64,000 nt of DNA from Bdellovibrionales bacterium (GCA_965203275.1 OZ241865.1:1792001-1856000), one strand, 5' to 3'; shown: positions 10,101 to 20,265, counted from the stretch's first letter. Numbers and translations: made by a program. Notes: generated by a model from the letters alone, not told the origin.

Positions 10101-11023
10101 TCTATAACAAACTCTCTGGAAGATTCAATAGAACTTAAAAACCCGTCAATCAATGGAACCATGTCTTCATAACTTTGGCTTTTTAAAAGGTTAGCTTGAA
10201 CATTCCAAGTGATGGCTTGCAAATAACCGAAATGATCTAACATTTTACTGGATATTTCATAATCATTGATCTTGAGAAGTCCATTTTGAATAGTCATAGA
10301 TGAGAAAGGCTGATCTAATGGAACAGGCATTTGGAAAATAGCAGGATAGCCGTCTGCCCGGCCCAGAGTGGATCGAAAGTAACTTAAATCAATAAAAGAA
10401 AGCTGTAAATGATCTTTATAAATATGATCTTGTGTGACAAAGACAATATATTGACCATATCTGTTAATGGTAGCAATTTCTTTATTGAATGAGAAAAAAT
10501 CTTCTCCTTGATAAAGCATTTCAAATTGAGGGATAAAATCCTCCTCTCCTGTATAGAAGGGAGATTGAGGATGAGAAGGATTCAAAGTTTTTGCAGAAAG
10601 GTTGTTCATATAGTGGACGGATTGTCTATCATCATCGTAGATATGTTTAATCCGAACTGTAATATTTTCAATTTGCATTCTGCCTGCACTGGGGTGTTTT
10701 TTGATTTCTTGTGGTAAAAGAGTCCATGTATCTATTTGACGATAGGATATAGTTGTAGGCTTTGTTTCGTCTAATAGCAGATCATCTTCACCTATTGTAG
10801 ATAAAAAGTTCCAAGTATTTGCTGTACTTTGATGAGGGAGAGAAAAAGTCATGGTTGAGTTAGAGGATGGAGACAAAGGGGTTTGTGTTTGAGCTTGCAG
10901 TGGAATAGAGGACGATATTAAGGATATGGATAGAATCAAAATAAAAACCCTATAAAATAAGGTATTAACCATATTTTTCATTTTTTCTATCTCACTGGTT
11001 GGATTTAATTTTGATATATCCAC
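7172..11023 (-). CDS. Large hypothetical membrane or exported protein (1283 aa)
   Basis: Long ORF, signal-like N-terminus (true start probably ~10970-10982), several hydrophobic segments. Confidence 0.8.
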   Translation of the reverse strand: MDISKLNPTSEIEKMKNMVNTLFYRVFILILSISLISSSIPLQAQTQTPLSPSSNSTMTFSLPHQSTANTWNFLSTIGEDDLLLDETKPTTISYRQIDTWTLLPQEIKKHPSAGRMQIENITVRIKHIYDDDRQSVHYMNNLSAKTLNPSHPQSPFYTGEEDFIPQFEMLYQGEDFFSFNKEIATINRYGQYIVFVTQDHIYKDHLQLSFIDLSYFRSTLGRADGYPAIFQMPVPLDQPFSSMTIQNGLLKINDYEISSKMLDHFGYLQAITWNVQANLLKSQSYEDMVPLIDGFLSSIESSREFVIDMLSHAFTTEGQVRSFQRQLIESIGAAKNAIQKTKSEKKKEDITWKLTKDISTQYFIENANAQLRINSTLKLQVEARKLLGRVTLMFERLKLPQPTGGSIIRQALAFTLGSLKGPEGQKAWYIQEGIVKLIHNPRIQLGATASTALLLGAVYPKEAYQFVDQVVSFGGIVVDTIFEKFMNFYSLAQSAIQVNDFFNPKQVWKAYIGEGNTYAFVVANTVLILKILSFFAISHLTVNAFHLLSDLGKGQNLKNTSLYNRYVSLRQQHAPPVAAFRSLTGLNKNNISATAGAVKGDFIHRQDSSRHTYLIDQTQSLLDSEKRDFTQEETNTVLNILKERKQAEKSLISVFLEKVQTPLRHLKFFQNKEITDIKINTLRASIMNFIFSWKSLENTFIALTHVWWKHVFFTTSYLIRIDKPLFLIGLAYYPNAFKTITQGGLNAKNNVHPLTTANGGTRPFWRQYPLFLTKFFTKSTAHQAYKEWESLIIPIEVQIMRQVQERAFRVTLLRIRDKHLHHRVFRSSNLHEGVAAFDKEQTQFYEAVKGQLFERVFAKLISPTFEKKGCYVGDCLEYIDQYKQETLEDVKNLSLSNADIENAMNEVEADGFYQAIEVNLNRQRTTNPIQNLIYKTLYKVLDHRNNLVKRWLVIEAQMQDAGAKARATRKSFYDFIAKIPQLYIMWAAVSGIMLQAIHGDIASTDIMVPLTDQYPYYSQYLFGAGFFIIVVLDLMRNFGAYLEREYKLKKEGIFNYIPEGANVHLGFIRWFLRQMRDKKNTFLANTKTIFRMAWFNTPSYFVKFTLIYGLTLGRFPLDVYLTGYLLYYLFPVKGFDSKVDHAMEAAMSGYWMKYFPNHLRGHYLAQDYALKKKGQYRAVFQFFFTFLYGNILYATIENFQMMGVNTSRQFSRMLFGGHPPTVWAVRAFDMVRESLGGLPLVGAITNSVIDACETALTNGYDGWDPRVDGQPPDHIKPWIPGNK

Positions 11024-11183
11024 ATTCTGTGGAACTATTTACTTATACGATGGGCTAATAACACCTGACAAGGTTTTTTATTGAAAAATTAATCATTTTA
11101 AGTAGAAAAGATTAAGTTGTTGTTATACAAGGGTATCTGAGTTAGAAGCTTACAAAAATGAAGTTTAAGTTATTTCAGTAAGT

Positions 11184-11260
11184 CCTGAGTTTGACAGCCT
11201 GCAAAAATAAAATTGAGCAAAATAAGTAAGTTATGAGTCAAAAGAGAGTTTGTGCCACTA
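11184..11260. mobile_element. Solo IS1634-like terminal remnant
   Basis: CCTGAGTTTGACAG...GTTATGAGTC..GTGCCACTA matches the 63617 end; a degenerate copy precedes it at ~11137. Confidence 0.8.
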
Positions 11261-11274
11261 CCATATAAGTCTTT

Positions 11275-12471
11275 CTAATGATTTTTAGAATTTTTAACTT
11301 TTAAAATATATCCTAGAAGTAAAGCTATAGGGGCTACTAGCACAGAGAGTAAGGCACCCATCTTAGCTCCATTTTGTAAAAATGGTTCATTATAAGCCTC
11401 CCCTGCAATAAATAAGGCGACAGTTAAACCCAAACCAGCTATTAATCCAGCAATCATTAAGGATATGTAATTCATACCTTGTGGTAGTTTGAATCCCATT
11501 TTATCTCCTAGTATTCCAAATAAAGTAATGCCTAAGGTCTTTCCTATCGCTAAAGAGAATAAAATAATCCAAGTAAGAGAATTAGTTTGAGAGAATAACA
11601 CACCTGCATTGCCTAATCCAAAGGCAAATAAACCTAAATCTACAAATAGTTTAAAAGTATGTTCAAAATCAATCAAAGCAGATTGTTCTTTTTTATTTTT
11701 AGAAACTTCACTATGAGATTGCTTGTGAGTTGGCATGAAAGGCACAATAAAGACTAAGGCAAGAGCAGGATGCAAATGAGCTAAAATCAATCCACACCAA
11801 GAGAGCAACCCTGCTATAGCTATGTAAGGGATAAAATTCTGAACATGGTATTTTCTTAAAAGGAAGGCTATTAACATAGCCAATAAATTCAGAATAAGAT
11901 AACCTGCCTCAACAGAATAGTTAGGAGCAGGATAAAAAATAGCAATAATGGCCAGTCCAATCGCGTCATCAGCTACAGCTAGTAATAAAAGATAACTGAC
12001 CGCAGGATGCTTGCCAAAGACAACACGGGCTACAAGCCAAGCTAAAGCAATATCAGTTGCTGCAGGGATTCCCCATCCATTCATCACTTCTGAAAAACTG
12101 GATCTTTCAAGCAGATCAGTCATTGGCCAGCTATAGCAAAGGAAGAAAAATACAGCCACAGGCCCAATGACGCCACCTGCTGTTCCGTAGAGAGGGTTGA
12201 TAGCTTTGGATATAGGATAAAGTGATCCTCCTGGGATAATAGCTCGTGTGATCTCTACAGCAGCAATACCAAAAAAGAAAACCATAAAAATATCATTGAT
12301 TAAAAAATGTAAAGTGATCTCATGGCCCAGAAGTTTAAAAGCAGTTAGCTGAGTATTAAAAAAGGCGTGATAGCTTTCTATGTTCGTGTTAGCCCAAATG
12401 AGGGCCAGGATGACGCCTACAATTAAAGGGATAGAAAACTCTTGTAGAAAATAAATACTTTTTTTAAACAT
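11275..12471 (-). CDS. nhaA: Na+/H+ antiporter NhaA
   Basis: INDIFM, GWGIPAATDIA and LAVADD motifs. Confidence 0.92.
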   Translation of the reverse strand: MFKKSIYFLQEFSIPLIVGVILALIWANTNIESYHAFFNTQLTAFKLLGHEITLHFLINDIFMVFFFGIAAVEITRAIIPGGSLYPISKAINPLYGTAGGVIGPVAVFFFLCYSWPMTDLLERSSFSEVMNGWGIPAATDIALAWLVARVVFGKHPAVSYLLLLAVADDAIGLAIIAIFYPAPNYSVEAGYLILNLLAMLIAFLLRKYHVQNFIPYIAIAGLLSWCGLILAHLHPALALVFIVPFMPTHKQSHSEVSKNKKEQSALIDFEHTFKLFVDLGLFAFGLGNAGVLFSQTNSLTWIILFSLAIGKTLGITLFGILGDKMGFKLPQGMNYISLMIAGLIAGLGLTVALFIAGEAYNEPFLQNGAKMGALLSVLVAPIALLLGYILKVKNSKNH

Positions 12472-12692
12472 TTTATAATTTTCAGTCTCCTAATGGAGGT
12501 TCATTGGATTTGAAGGTTTGAAAATTAAATATCATTATAGCACAAGTCACTATTTTAAAATATAACATTAAAGTCGAATATAATATTAAAGTCAATAAGA
12601 AAGCAAATAAAAAGATAAACTCTACCTCTGTCATTGTTTAAAATCACTGCGTCATTTTATGATCTCATATTTTAAAACATGTCTTCATGGCT

Positions 12693-15600
12693 TTAAAAAA
12701 TAAGAGAAGTAGCACAGGAATCTTTAAACCATTCTGAAATTTTGCGAGGTACGCCTATTTGTACTTTTTCTTTTAAAGACAAAGTCATTTCAGGAAGTAA
12801 CTTTTCTACTTTTAAGCTTACAGCTTCTTTTAATCTAGCTACAGGAGTTTTGGTCGGTTGTAATAAAAAAGCTTCATATTGATTTAACTGAATAATCCCT
12901 TTTACAAAATCAAAATAAACAATGTCAGGATGCATCTTAAGATCGCTTAAAGTAGCAAGAATAGAATAATAAGCTGTCACCTCTGCTATTTCTTTTGAAG
13001 GGAAGTATCTTTTCAAAGCACTTGTTAAAGATTTTACATTTACAGATAAATGCATTTCATCAATAATTTTATTTACAATCCAGTTTACTGGTCCTGTCAT
13101 TTTCATAATTTGAGCTAAGGCAAACAAGGTAAATATTTGATCTCTTTGTTGAACTGTAATGCTGACCATTTGTCCCCAATCAATAGGATGAATATAAACA
13201 TGATGATCTTCTATTCGTATTCTATAATTGCCAGGGTGCCTATCAGGGTCAAAAACAATAACAGCTTTTGGATCATTGATTTCTTGAAACAAATTATACC
13301 CTTCTACTTCTAATAACCTTTGAGCAATGAAACTTCTATGTTCTGCTTTTTCTATGTCAAAAATAGAAACTCCTTCCACAAATTCTTCGGCAATCAAACG
13401 GTCATTTAAGAAAAAGCTTTTGGGTACAGTAATTGTGGTTGAAGGATGAGAATAACCTTGATAAATATTTTGTTGTGCCATTTTAGATTTGGTAGCTTCA
13501 TTTTTTAAGCTGAGTTCTCGCTTTACAGCATGTTGAGCAGCATAAACAATGGATCGAAAGATTCCATAACGAGAACCAAATTTCTGTGTTAAATAATCTG
13601 CCATAGCATCTAATTGACGGAATTGCATAGGTGTATTGGCAATAGCCTCTAATCTTAAAACTTTTAAAACAATTTTTTTATCTACATGTTGTAAATGATT
13701 TTGCTTAGCAGAAACAGCATATTTAAGTGATGCAGCACCAAGTAAATCTTGTACTTCTACTGGTAAATTCTGGTTGTGATTAATTTGTCTTAAGTCATTA
13801 TAAATACTTTGACGTTCAGGAATAAGAGCTTTATCTTGTAAAGCTCTTAGGTGCTTTGTTTCAGATTCAGGTAGCAAATGAGCTGCCAATATAAACTGCC
13901 CTATTTTGATGCCTGTTGTTCCAAAAACCTCTAAGATATTTTTCAAAACTTGACCAGAGCTTTGTATTTCACTAGATGGCATCGCTAATAAGTAAGCTAG
14001 AACATAACTTTTAAGACCAGTGTTGCCTGTTTTTTCAAGTGAATATAAAAAGGCTTCTAATATTTGTCGAGTGACGACTTGGTTTTCAGGTGAAAGATGT
14101 TTTAATAAATAATCTACAATAATATTGGTATAACCTTTGTTTAAATGAACTGTTGGAGTTAGACCATGAGGAGCATCTAATAAAGTATCTAAAAGGCTTG
14201 TTTTAACAACCTGAGGGAATAAACTAAATATTCTTTTTATTCTTTCTGTTCCAATAGTTTTAAATAATTTTTTGATTTTAGGTCCAGCAGGAACTTCACC
14301 TCTTAAAAAAAGTATAAAATGCCATTGATGTTTTAATCTCCAAGAAGTAATCTTTGCTATTAGTTGAGAAAAGAATCGCAATCCAAAGTCTTCTTGTCTT
14401 TCTCCCCCATCTGGATACTTTGCTTTGTGGATCAAACTACTTTCTTCAGGTGTGGATCTTATTTCATTAGATAGTCTCTCTAAAAAATCAATATAAGTAG
14501 CCCCTTGTTCAGGGAAGGAATGATGTGTAGATCCCATCAGTAATTTTAAACTATTTAAACGCATGTCTTTATCGGATGTTTCTTTTAGTGTTTCATACAC
14601 AGAAGATTGTTTGATGGTGTTCTCTAGTATAAGGGCTTTAATTTTAGGCTCCCAAACTCGTCCATCTAAAGCTAATGCTTCAATATTTACTAAACCACCT
14701 AGAGATGAAAGCTCTTGCTCTGATAAAGATAAAGCTTCTGAATAAATCTCAGAAAACAATGCATCTGTAATGGAAGTCACTCCACGCAATACAAGCTTTT
14801 TCCATAGCTTAAATTTCCCTTTAAGGTCTTGTGGAAACAAATCTAAGTCTTTAAGCCTTTGTATATATATTTTATGAAGTTCTTCACTTGATCCTGGTTC
14901 ATATTTCCATATTGTAGGATATTCTTTAACCATTTTTTTGAAGGTTTCTAAGATCATCCCTTCCAAGCTTCTTGTGTTAATATGATCTTTATTACGGTAT
15001 TGAACCCAAAAATATTCGTTTTGAAGTAAAAGATCAAAATCCTGAGGCTTCGCAAGCCAATGAGGGTTATTTAAAATAGCAAGCTGAAAATAAGAGGCTA
15101 ACTGATTGAGTAATACATGACGTGGTTTGAGTTCCGAATCAACATAACTGACTAACTCTGCAAGACTGTGAAACTTTGTAGAAAAGAATTTTTGAATAGT
15201 AGCTTTGTCTTTTTTATCCCAGTACTTTCTTTCCAATGCATGGAAATTTGGATAGTACTTATCAGTAAATAAGTCATCAGATACACTTTTCCTTAGAGAG
15301 TGGATGGCTATATAAGGAGGTGTATTTTGTTGAGCTTTAGCGATTGATAAAAGTTGTTGATCTGCAATAAAAGATTGTTTAAGACTTGGTCTGTAAAATG
15401 TACCTTTCATTTTTATTTGGTTTAAAATAAAAGCAAAATCATCTACATATTGAGATGGAACCGATGGATATAAAACATAATTTACGAAAGAATTCATTGG
15501 AATATCTTTGAAAATTTCATAAGCCTCTGTAAAAAAGCCTTCATCAACAGCATATTTCATAGTTAATAATTTTTTTTCTAAAGGATCATCAGGATTTAAA

Positions 15601-17237
15601 CGTTCTAAAAAATGCAATGCGTTTAGCTTTTTTTGAAGTGGTGAAGAAATTTGCTCAGGATTGTAATGAAGTATATTTTGATGAGGGACCCCCACAAAAG
15701 ATTCAACAGTTTGTCTTAAGTTTTGATTTAAGAGAGCAAAATTAGGTAAATTGTCAAGTGATTTGTGGATATCACTTAAAAGTTGATCATCTAAATGAGA
15801 ATAATTATTTAAAATATACTTTAATAGTTGGTTTACATTTTTAAAATAAAAATCTTTTAAGCGATCTATTCCTATGCGTAATCGAGTATACGGGATTTTT
15901 ATATATGATTTGTTATAGTAAATAATAGATAACGCACTTAAAGAATAAATGCCTTTAGATAAAGCCCTTACAATATTAGGATATTCATATATTCCTCTTT
16001 GAATATTTTGATAAATTTGAGAGTATTCTAATTCAAGATTCTTTCTTTCTTTTTTAAGACCTTCTAGTTTGTTTATTACATTATATGCAGATTGATATTC
16101 TGCATTTTTTATGGCACCGTCACTAAACAAAATAAGAGAAATAATCAGTGTTGTGAACGTCAGTTTTTCTAGTAATGGTAATGGTAATGGTATACTAATG
16201 GAAGTGGTAAGCCCATCAACAGGAGAAAATAGAGTGGCAATAATAGAAGTCAGACTGGATAAATCAACGAAAGGTCGAATCAATAGATAAGCTAGAGATA
16301 ACTTTTCAACTAGTATATTGCTGAAAGGTAAACTTAGTATTTGAGATCTTCTGTGCAACAAAGACAAAGAGAGATTAGGTTTTTTATAGTCCTGTACTTG
16401 TTTTGATAGATCCTCGTTGAGGCTCCTGTGAAGAATATATGTTTTTATAGCTGAAGCACGAATTTCAAAAGAAGGATGAGTGCTATAATAATCACTATTC
16501 ATTTGAAAAAGCCGTCTAATTAATCTAATAAACTTGTTCATAATCATTTTATTATTAAATTTTCCCAGAGTTTTCATGAGATTATATGAAGCCCATGGAT
16601 TATATCCTGCTTTAATCAATCTATCAGTAGCTCCTAAATCTGCACGAATTTCTTCTCTTTGAGAAGTGTTAAGCTCCTTATAAACTCCAATGGTATTTAA
16701 AGCTTCATCCATATAAGGAGCATCTTCTTGAGCTTTAAAATGTTTTATACGGGCATGAGTGATCTCATGGGCAATGACAGCGGCTAAAAAATCTTCATTA
16801 GAAAGAATAAAGGACAATACCCCTAAATAGATCACTATATGAGATATATCTTCATCAAGATGTATATGAGCATTAGGTGTGAGTTTAGCAGAAACCTTAA
16901 ATATGTAATCAGCAGATTCATTTGGTAGAGAAAGTGCCTTAATGATTTCTTCAATTTTACGATATAAGGTTCGCTTATGTCCTAAAAGCATCAATCGTGC
17001 CAGAATGCCTGCACGGCTGTCGATATTTATATTGTGATTTCTCTGTAGGTCATCCCTGGGTGTTTGTTGTGATGATGGGTGCTTTGTGATTTGTAAGAGA
17101 GAAGATAGATCATTTGATTGTGTTTGATGATCGTTTGCTATTGCTAAGAGATATGGATTTTGTTCTACTTTTAAAAAGCATAAACATAAAAATATTAAAA
17201 TACTTAAAGGTCTCATAATGCTTTGAGGAATTAACAC
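12693..17237 (-). CDS. M48-type metallopeptidase fused to an ABC1/UbiB-like atypical kinase
   Basis: N-terminal HEITH...EIRAD...STHP; C-terminal GIKIGQ, LGAASL, KVLR, DRHPGN, IDWG. Confidence 0.8.
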   Translation of the reverse strand: MLIPQSIMRPLSILIFLCLCFLKVEQNPYLLAIANDHQTQSNDLSSLLQITKHPSSQQTPRDDLQRNHNINIDSRAGILARLMLLGHKRTLYRKIEEIIKALSLPNESADYIFKVSAKLTPNAHIHLDEDISHIVIYLGVLSFILSNEDFLAAVIAHEITHARIKHFKAQEDAPYMDEALNTIGVYKELNTSQREEIRADLGATDRLIKAGYNPWASYNLMKTLGKFNNKMIMNKFIRLIRRLFQMNSDYYSTHPSFEIRASAIKTYILHRSLNEDLSKQVQDYKKPNLSLSLLHRRSQILSLPFSNILVEKLSLAYLLIRPFVDLSSLTSIIATLFSPVDGLTTSISIPLPLPLLEKLTFTTLIISLILFSDGAIKNAEYQSAYNVINKLEGLKKERKNLELEYSQIYQNIQRGIYEYPNIVRALSKGIYSLSALSIIYYNKSYIKIPYTRLRIGIDRLKDFYFKNVNQLLKYILNNYSHLDDQLLSDIHKSLDNLPNFALLNQNLRQTVESFVGVPHQNILHYNPEQISSPLQKKLNALHFLERLNPDDPLEKKLLTMKYAVDEGFFTEAYEIFKDIPMNSFVNYVLYPSVPSQYVDDFAFILNQIKMKGTFYRPSLKQSFIADQQLLSIAKAQQNTPPYIAIHSLRKSVSDDLFTDKYYPNFHALERKYWDKKDKATIQKFFSTKFHSLAELVSYVDSELKPRHVLLNQLASYFQLAILNNPHWLAKPQDFDLLLQNEYFWVQYRNKDHINTRSLEGMILETFKKMVKEYPTIWKYEPGSSEELHKIYIQRLKDLDLFPQDLKGKFKLWKKLVLRGVTSITDALFSEIYSEALSLSEQELSSLGGLVNIEALALDGRVWEPKIKALILENTIKQSSVYETLKETSDKDMRLNSLKLLMGSTHHSFPEQGATYIDFLERLSNEIRSTPEESSLIHKAKYPDGGERQEDFGLRFFSQLIAKITSWRLKHQWHFILFLRGEVPAGPKIKKLFKTIGTERIKRIFSLFPQVVKTSLLDTLLDAPHGLTPTVHLNKGYTNIIVDYLLKHLSPENQVVTRQILEAFLYSLEKTGNTGLKSYVLAYLLAMPSSEIQSSGQVLKNILEVFGTTGIKIGQFILAAHLLPESETKHLRALQDKALIPERQSIYNDLRQINHNQNLPVEVQDLLGAASLKYAVSAKQNHLQHVDKKIVLKVLRLEAIANTPMQFRQLDAMADYLTQKFGSRYGIFRSIVYAAQHAVKRELSLKNEATKSKMAQQNIYQGYSHPSTTITVPKSFFLNDRLIAEEFVEGVSIFDIEKAEHRSFIAQRLLEVEGYNLFQEINDPKAVIVFDPDRHPGNYRIRIEDHHVYIHPIDWGQMVSITVQQRDQIFTLFALAQIMKMTGPVNWIVNKIIDEMHLSVNVKSLTSALKRYFPSKEIAEVTAYYSILATLSDLKMHPDIVYFDFVKGIIQLNQYEAFLLQPTKTPVARLKEAVSLKVEKLLPEMTLSLKEKVQIGVPRKISEWFKDSCATSLIF

Positions 17238-17448
17238 TATTCCTTTAAAATGTCAACCTGTATGTGCTGTATGTGTATGAAAAGCATGAAGAAAATAAAA
17301 GTTGAATATCAAATGCAGGATTCACTACAAAATCAGATCGCATTTTAGGATGTTTTTCTTCAAATCTGCTAATAATTATAGAGGTTTAACTGTTTTAAAA
17401 TAGCATCTATAATAAGCAAAAGACCTAAGATAAATGCCTCTTTTACAT

Positions 17449-17862
17449 TCACTTGTTTGTGATCTTAGAGGCTGTTAAAAGTTTTGAATGTTTCTTTAAT
17501 AAACTTGCAAGACTTTTTAATGTCTTATCTTTATCTTTACAACGACCTAAAGACATAAGAGTCCGATGACGGCTCACACTCTTCCCTTGATGGTCTCTTG
17601 TGCGATAGCTTTCTACAATATGATAATAAGTCTGCCCTTGGGCGTTTGTGGTTTTCTTTATAAACATAAGAGCATACTACTATAAAAATACAAAAAATCA
17701 ACAAAAAAATGACTTTTTAACGCACCACATTCGAATTTTGTTTTGCTAGGATTTTTTACAAAATCCCCAAAATTCAAGCTTACAAATCTCTCTAACACCT
17801 ATAAATAAAGCATTCTTAAAAAAGAAAATGTCTAAATTTGCAAATCAACTGTCAAACTCAGG
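17449..17862 (-). mobile_element. Truncated IS1634-family element (left end plus 72-aa transposase N-terminus)
   Basis: MFIKKT...YYHIVESYR...HRTLMSLGR is a typical IS1634 N-terminus; CAACTGTCAAACTCAGG at 17846-17862 is the exact reverse complement of 63617-63633. Confidence 0.85.
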
Positions 17863-18020
17863 ATTTATTAAAAAAATAAACCTTCAAATCAGAGCTATGA
17901 TGCAGTGTGGAGTTGTGAAACCTTGTTTTTTGCCAATATTAGCTCAAATCATAGCTTTTTTGTTCTGCTCCACTATCTTTCTTAAAATCCCTGTGATATT
18001 CTATAATATGGAGGCTACGT

Positions 18021-18554
18021 ATGAAAAAAAATAATGATATGGAAAAAAACAATGATTATGTGACTAAAACTGACTTAGATAACCTAGAGGCCAAGCTAAG
18101 CAATAAAATAGAAGGCAACAACATTACTCAAATCAAATGGACCATAGGCATACTCATAGCCTTTGCTATTTTGTTTTTCTCAGTTCAAGGTTATATGATT
18201 GATGATATAAAAGAAGATATTGCTGTTCAAAATGCTAGAATTGAGAGCATAGAAACCAGAATTGGAAGCATGGAAAACAGAATTGGAAGCATAGAAAACA
18301 GAATTGAGAATATAGACAACAAAATTGACAGCCTAAGAAATTTATTTATTATTGTTCTAACTAAGAATGGAAAAATAAACCCTGAACTTTTGAAAGATCA
18401 ATTGAAAACTCCTACTGATGCTAAAAAACAAGCTCCCCAAGATGTTGATCAGGTTGAAGGTGATTCTGGTGCTAACGGATTAGTAGTTCCACCGGACGGT
18501 GGAAGTGAAAGCCTTAAGCCAGTGAGAGTTGGACAGGGAACACAAAACCCATAG
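18021..18554 (+). CDS. Membrane-anchored coiled-coil protein with 21-bp heptad repeats
   Basis: GGAGG RBS, one TM segment, IESIETR/IGSMENR/IGSIENR/IENIDNK. Confidence 0.8.
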   Translation: MKKNNDMEKNNDYVTKTDLDNLEAKLSNKIEGNNITQIKWTIGILIAFAILFFSVQGYMIDDIKEDIAVQNARIESIETRIGSMENRIGSIENRIENIDNKIDSLRNLFIIVLTKNGKINPELLKDQLKTPTDAKKQAPQDVDQVEGDSGANGLVVPPDGGSESLKPVRVGQGTQNP

Positions 18555-18560
18555 TGTATC

Positions 18561-18735
18561 TTATTTATCTAGAGCATTAAGCCTCTCGCCGTGTTTTTCT
18601 AGCTTGTCATCGATTTTGTCAAACTTCCTGTCGTGCCTGTCTATTCTATCGTTTACCCTTTCCAATTCCTTATCTATTTTATTAAACTTGACTATAAACT
18701 CCTTTATCTTTAAAGCTATTCCTGCAATAACCCCA
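18561..18735 (-). pseudogene. Coiled-coil gene remnant
   Basis: Frame GVIAGIALKIKEF...KIDKELERVNDRIDRHDRKFDKIDDKLEKHGERLNALDK* has an in-frame stop just upstream and no convincing start. Confidence 0.4.
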
Positions 18736-18934
18736 AAAAATTTTTCATTATGCTACTTCTTTCATGTTCTCTCTTGTTTCATTCAAAATGTGTTCATTAT
18801 ATTCTACAAGAAAGTCAAGGGGGTCTATTCCATCGTCTACAAGACAAGAGATAATCCATTTAAACGTTTTCGGATGTTTGCAAAAAATCTTTAACAAAAA
18901 TAAGAAAAAATATTAAATTTTTCAGTAGGTTGCT

Positions 18935-19139
18935 CCTGAGGTTGATAGCCTGCAAAAATAAAGTTGTGAGATTTCAGTAGGTTAAAAGTTTGTCTGTTTT
19001 TTACTCTTTCGAATTGTGACTTTTATACAAAAGTCACAATATTAAGTTACTAGAATCACTGGATTTCCAATTTTTAAATACCTTTTAAATACCCTTTTCT
19101 TAACCTTTTAGAAAAAAATCTAAAAAGACGAACGTCTTC
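18935..19139. mobile_element. IS1634-like end remnant fused to a third copy of the 11-6-11 palindrome module
   Basis: CCTGAGGTTGATAGCCTGCAAAAATAAAG; ATTGTGACTTT-TATACA-AAAGTCACAAT at 19013-19040; 18988-19150 homologous to 1331-1479. Confidence 0.75.
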
Positions 19140-19755
19140 TTTCCCTAACATTTCACTCAAAATGCATCATGCCTCTGGCATGTTTTCTGGCAGTTAGCCC
19201 GACGGCTACCGCCGTCGATCAAAGGCTAACTGCCTAGAAAATCCATTTATTTTGAGTAGGGAGGATCCTTTTATTCCTTTACACCATGTTAAGGAAATTT
19301 TTCTTTTATTGTCTTAAGAGCAAACAAGTTTACAAATGAAACTCTTTTTCCCTAACATTGTCTTTATCCGGGATCTGGGATCCGGCAACCCGCCATCGGG
19401 CAGACAGCTATCAAAAAGAACTTTTTCCTTAACATGTAGTTAAGAGACGAGGAGATCCTCCCCTACTCAAAATGCATAGATTTTTGAGGCAATGACCATT
19501 TTGTCAAAGGCGAAAGCCTTTGCGGTCATTGCCCAAAAACATGCCAGAGGCATGATGCATTTTGAGTGAAAATAAAGTCATAACTTTGAACCTCCCTTTA
19601 TATCTTTAAACATAATACTTAATAATAACTTAATTTCCAATAATCTGTCCTCCAAGAAACATTATATTATAACTTAGTCAAAAAACCAACCAGAAAGTGA
19701 CCAGAGGTCAGAGCACTTTTAGTGAAACAGAGGTGTGGCTCATTTTGAGTGAAAC
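19140..19755. repeat. Composite modular repeat locus (J-H...J-G-J-H) plus stubs
   Basis: H ~19151-19259(+), ~19463-19571(-); stubs 19690-19754. Confidence 0.9.
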
Positions 19756-19809
19756 AACTCCCTAACCCCACCCCCCGCCCTCTAATTCTGCTTTTTTATC
19801 TTATTTATG

Positions 19810-20262
19810 TATGAGTGGAATGCGGGTGCAGGCTTCCGAAGTCCTCAACCTTCGCTTGCTTTTGAGGAGCAAGCGGGTCTGCGGAAGATCTCCAGCCTGC
19901 CCCCGCCTCCCACTCATAATACTCATGCTTTTTTGAAAATTACGCAGAATCTAAAAGAGAATAAAAAAAAACAAAAAAGAACTTTTTCCTTAACATTTCA
20001 CTCAAAATGAGCCACACCTCTGGTGTGTTTTTGGGCATTGCTCTGACAGCTATCGCTGTCTAAAAAGAGCAATGCCTCAAAAAACTGCTCATTTTGAGTA
20101 GGGCGAATCTCCTTTCTTCTTGACACCATGTTAAGGAAAAAGTGCTTTTATTGCCTTAAGAGCAAGCGGGTCTGCGGAAGATCTCCAGCCTGCCTCCGCC
20201 TCCCACTCATAATATTTATATTTTTTTTGAAAATTACGCAGAATCTAAAAGAGAATAAAAAA
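19810..20262. repeat. GC-rich long hairpin (19810-19917), J-H-J unit (~19985-20139) and direct repeat of the hairpin 3' half (~20160-20262)
   Basis: ATGAGTGG/CCACTCAT, GCAGGCT/AGCCTGC and CGCTTGCT/AGCAAGCG stems; GAGCAAGCGGGTCTGCGGAAGATCTCCAGCCTGC occurs twice. Confidence 0.85.
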
Positions 20263-20265
20263 CGC

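Noticed and set aside
11184..17862. Composite IS1634 transposon carrying nhaA and the peptidase-kinase gene
   Set aside because: The ends face inward, but the flanks show no direct target duplication and solo ends are common in this window.
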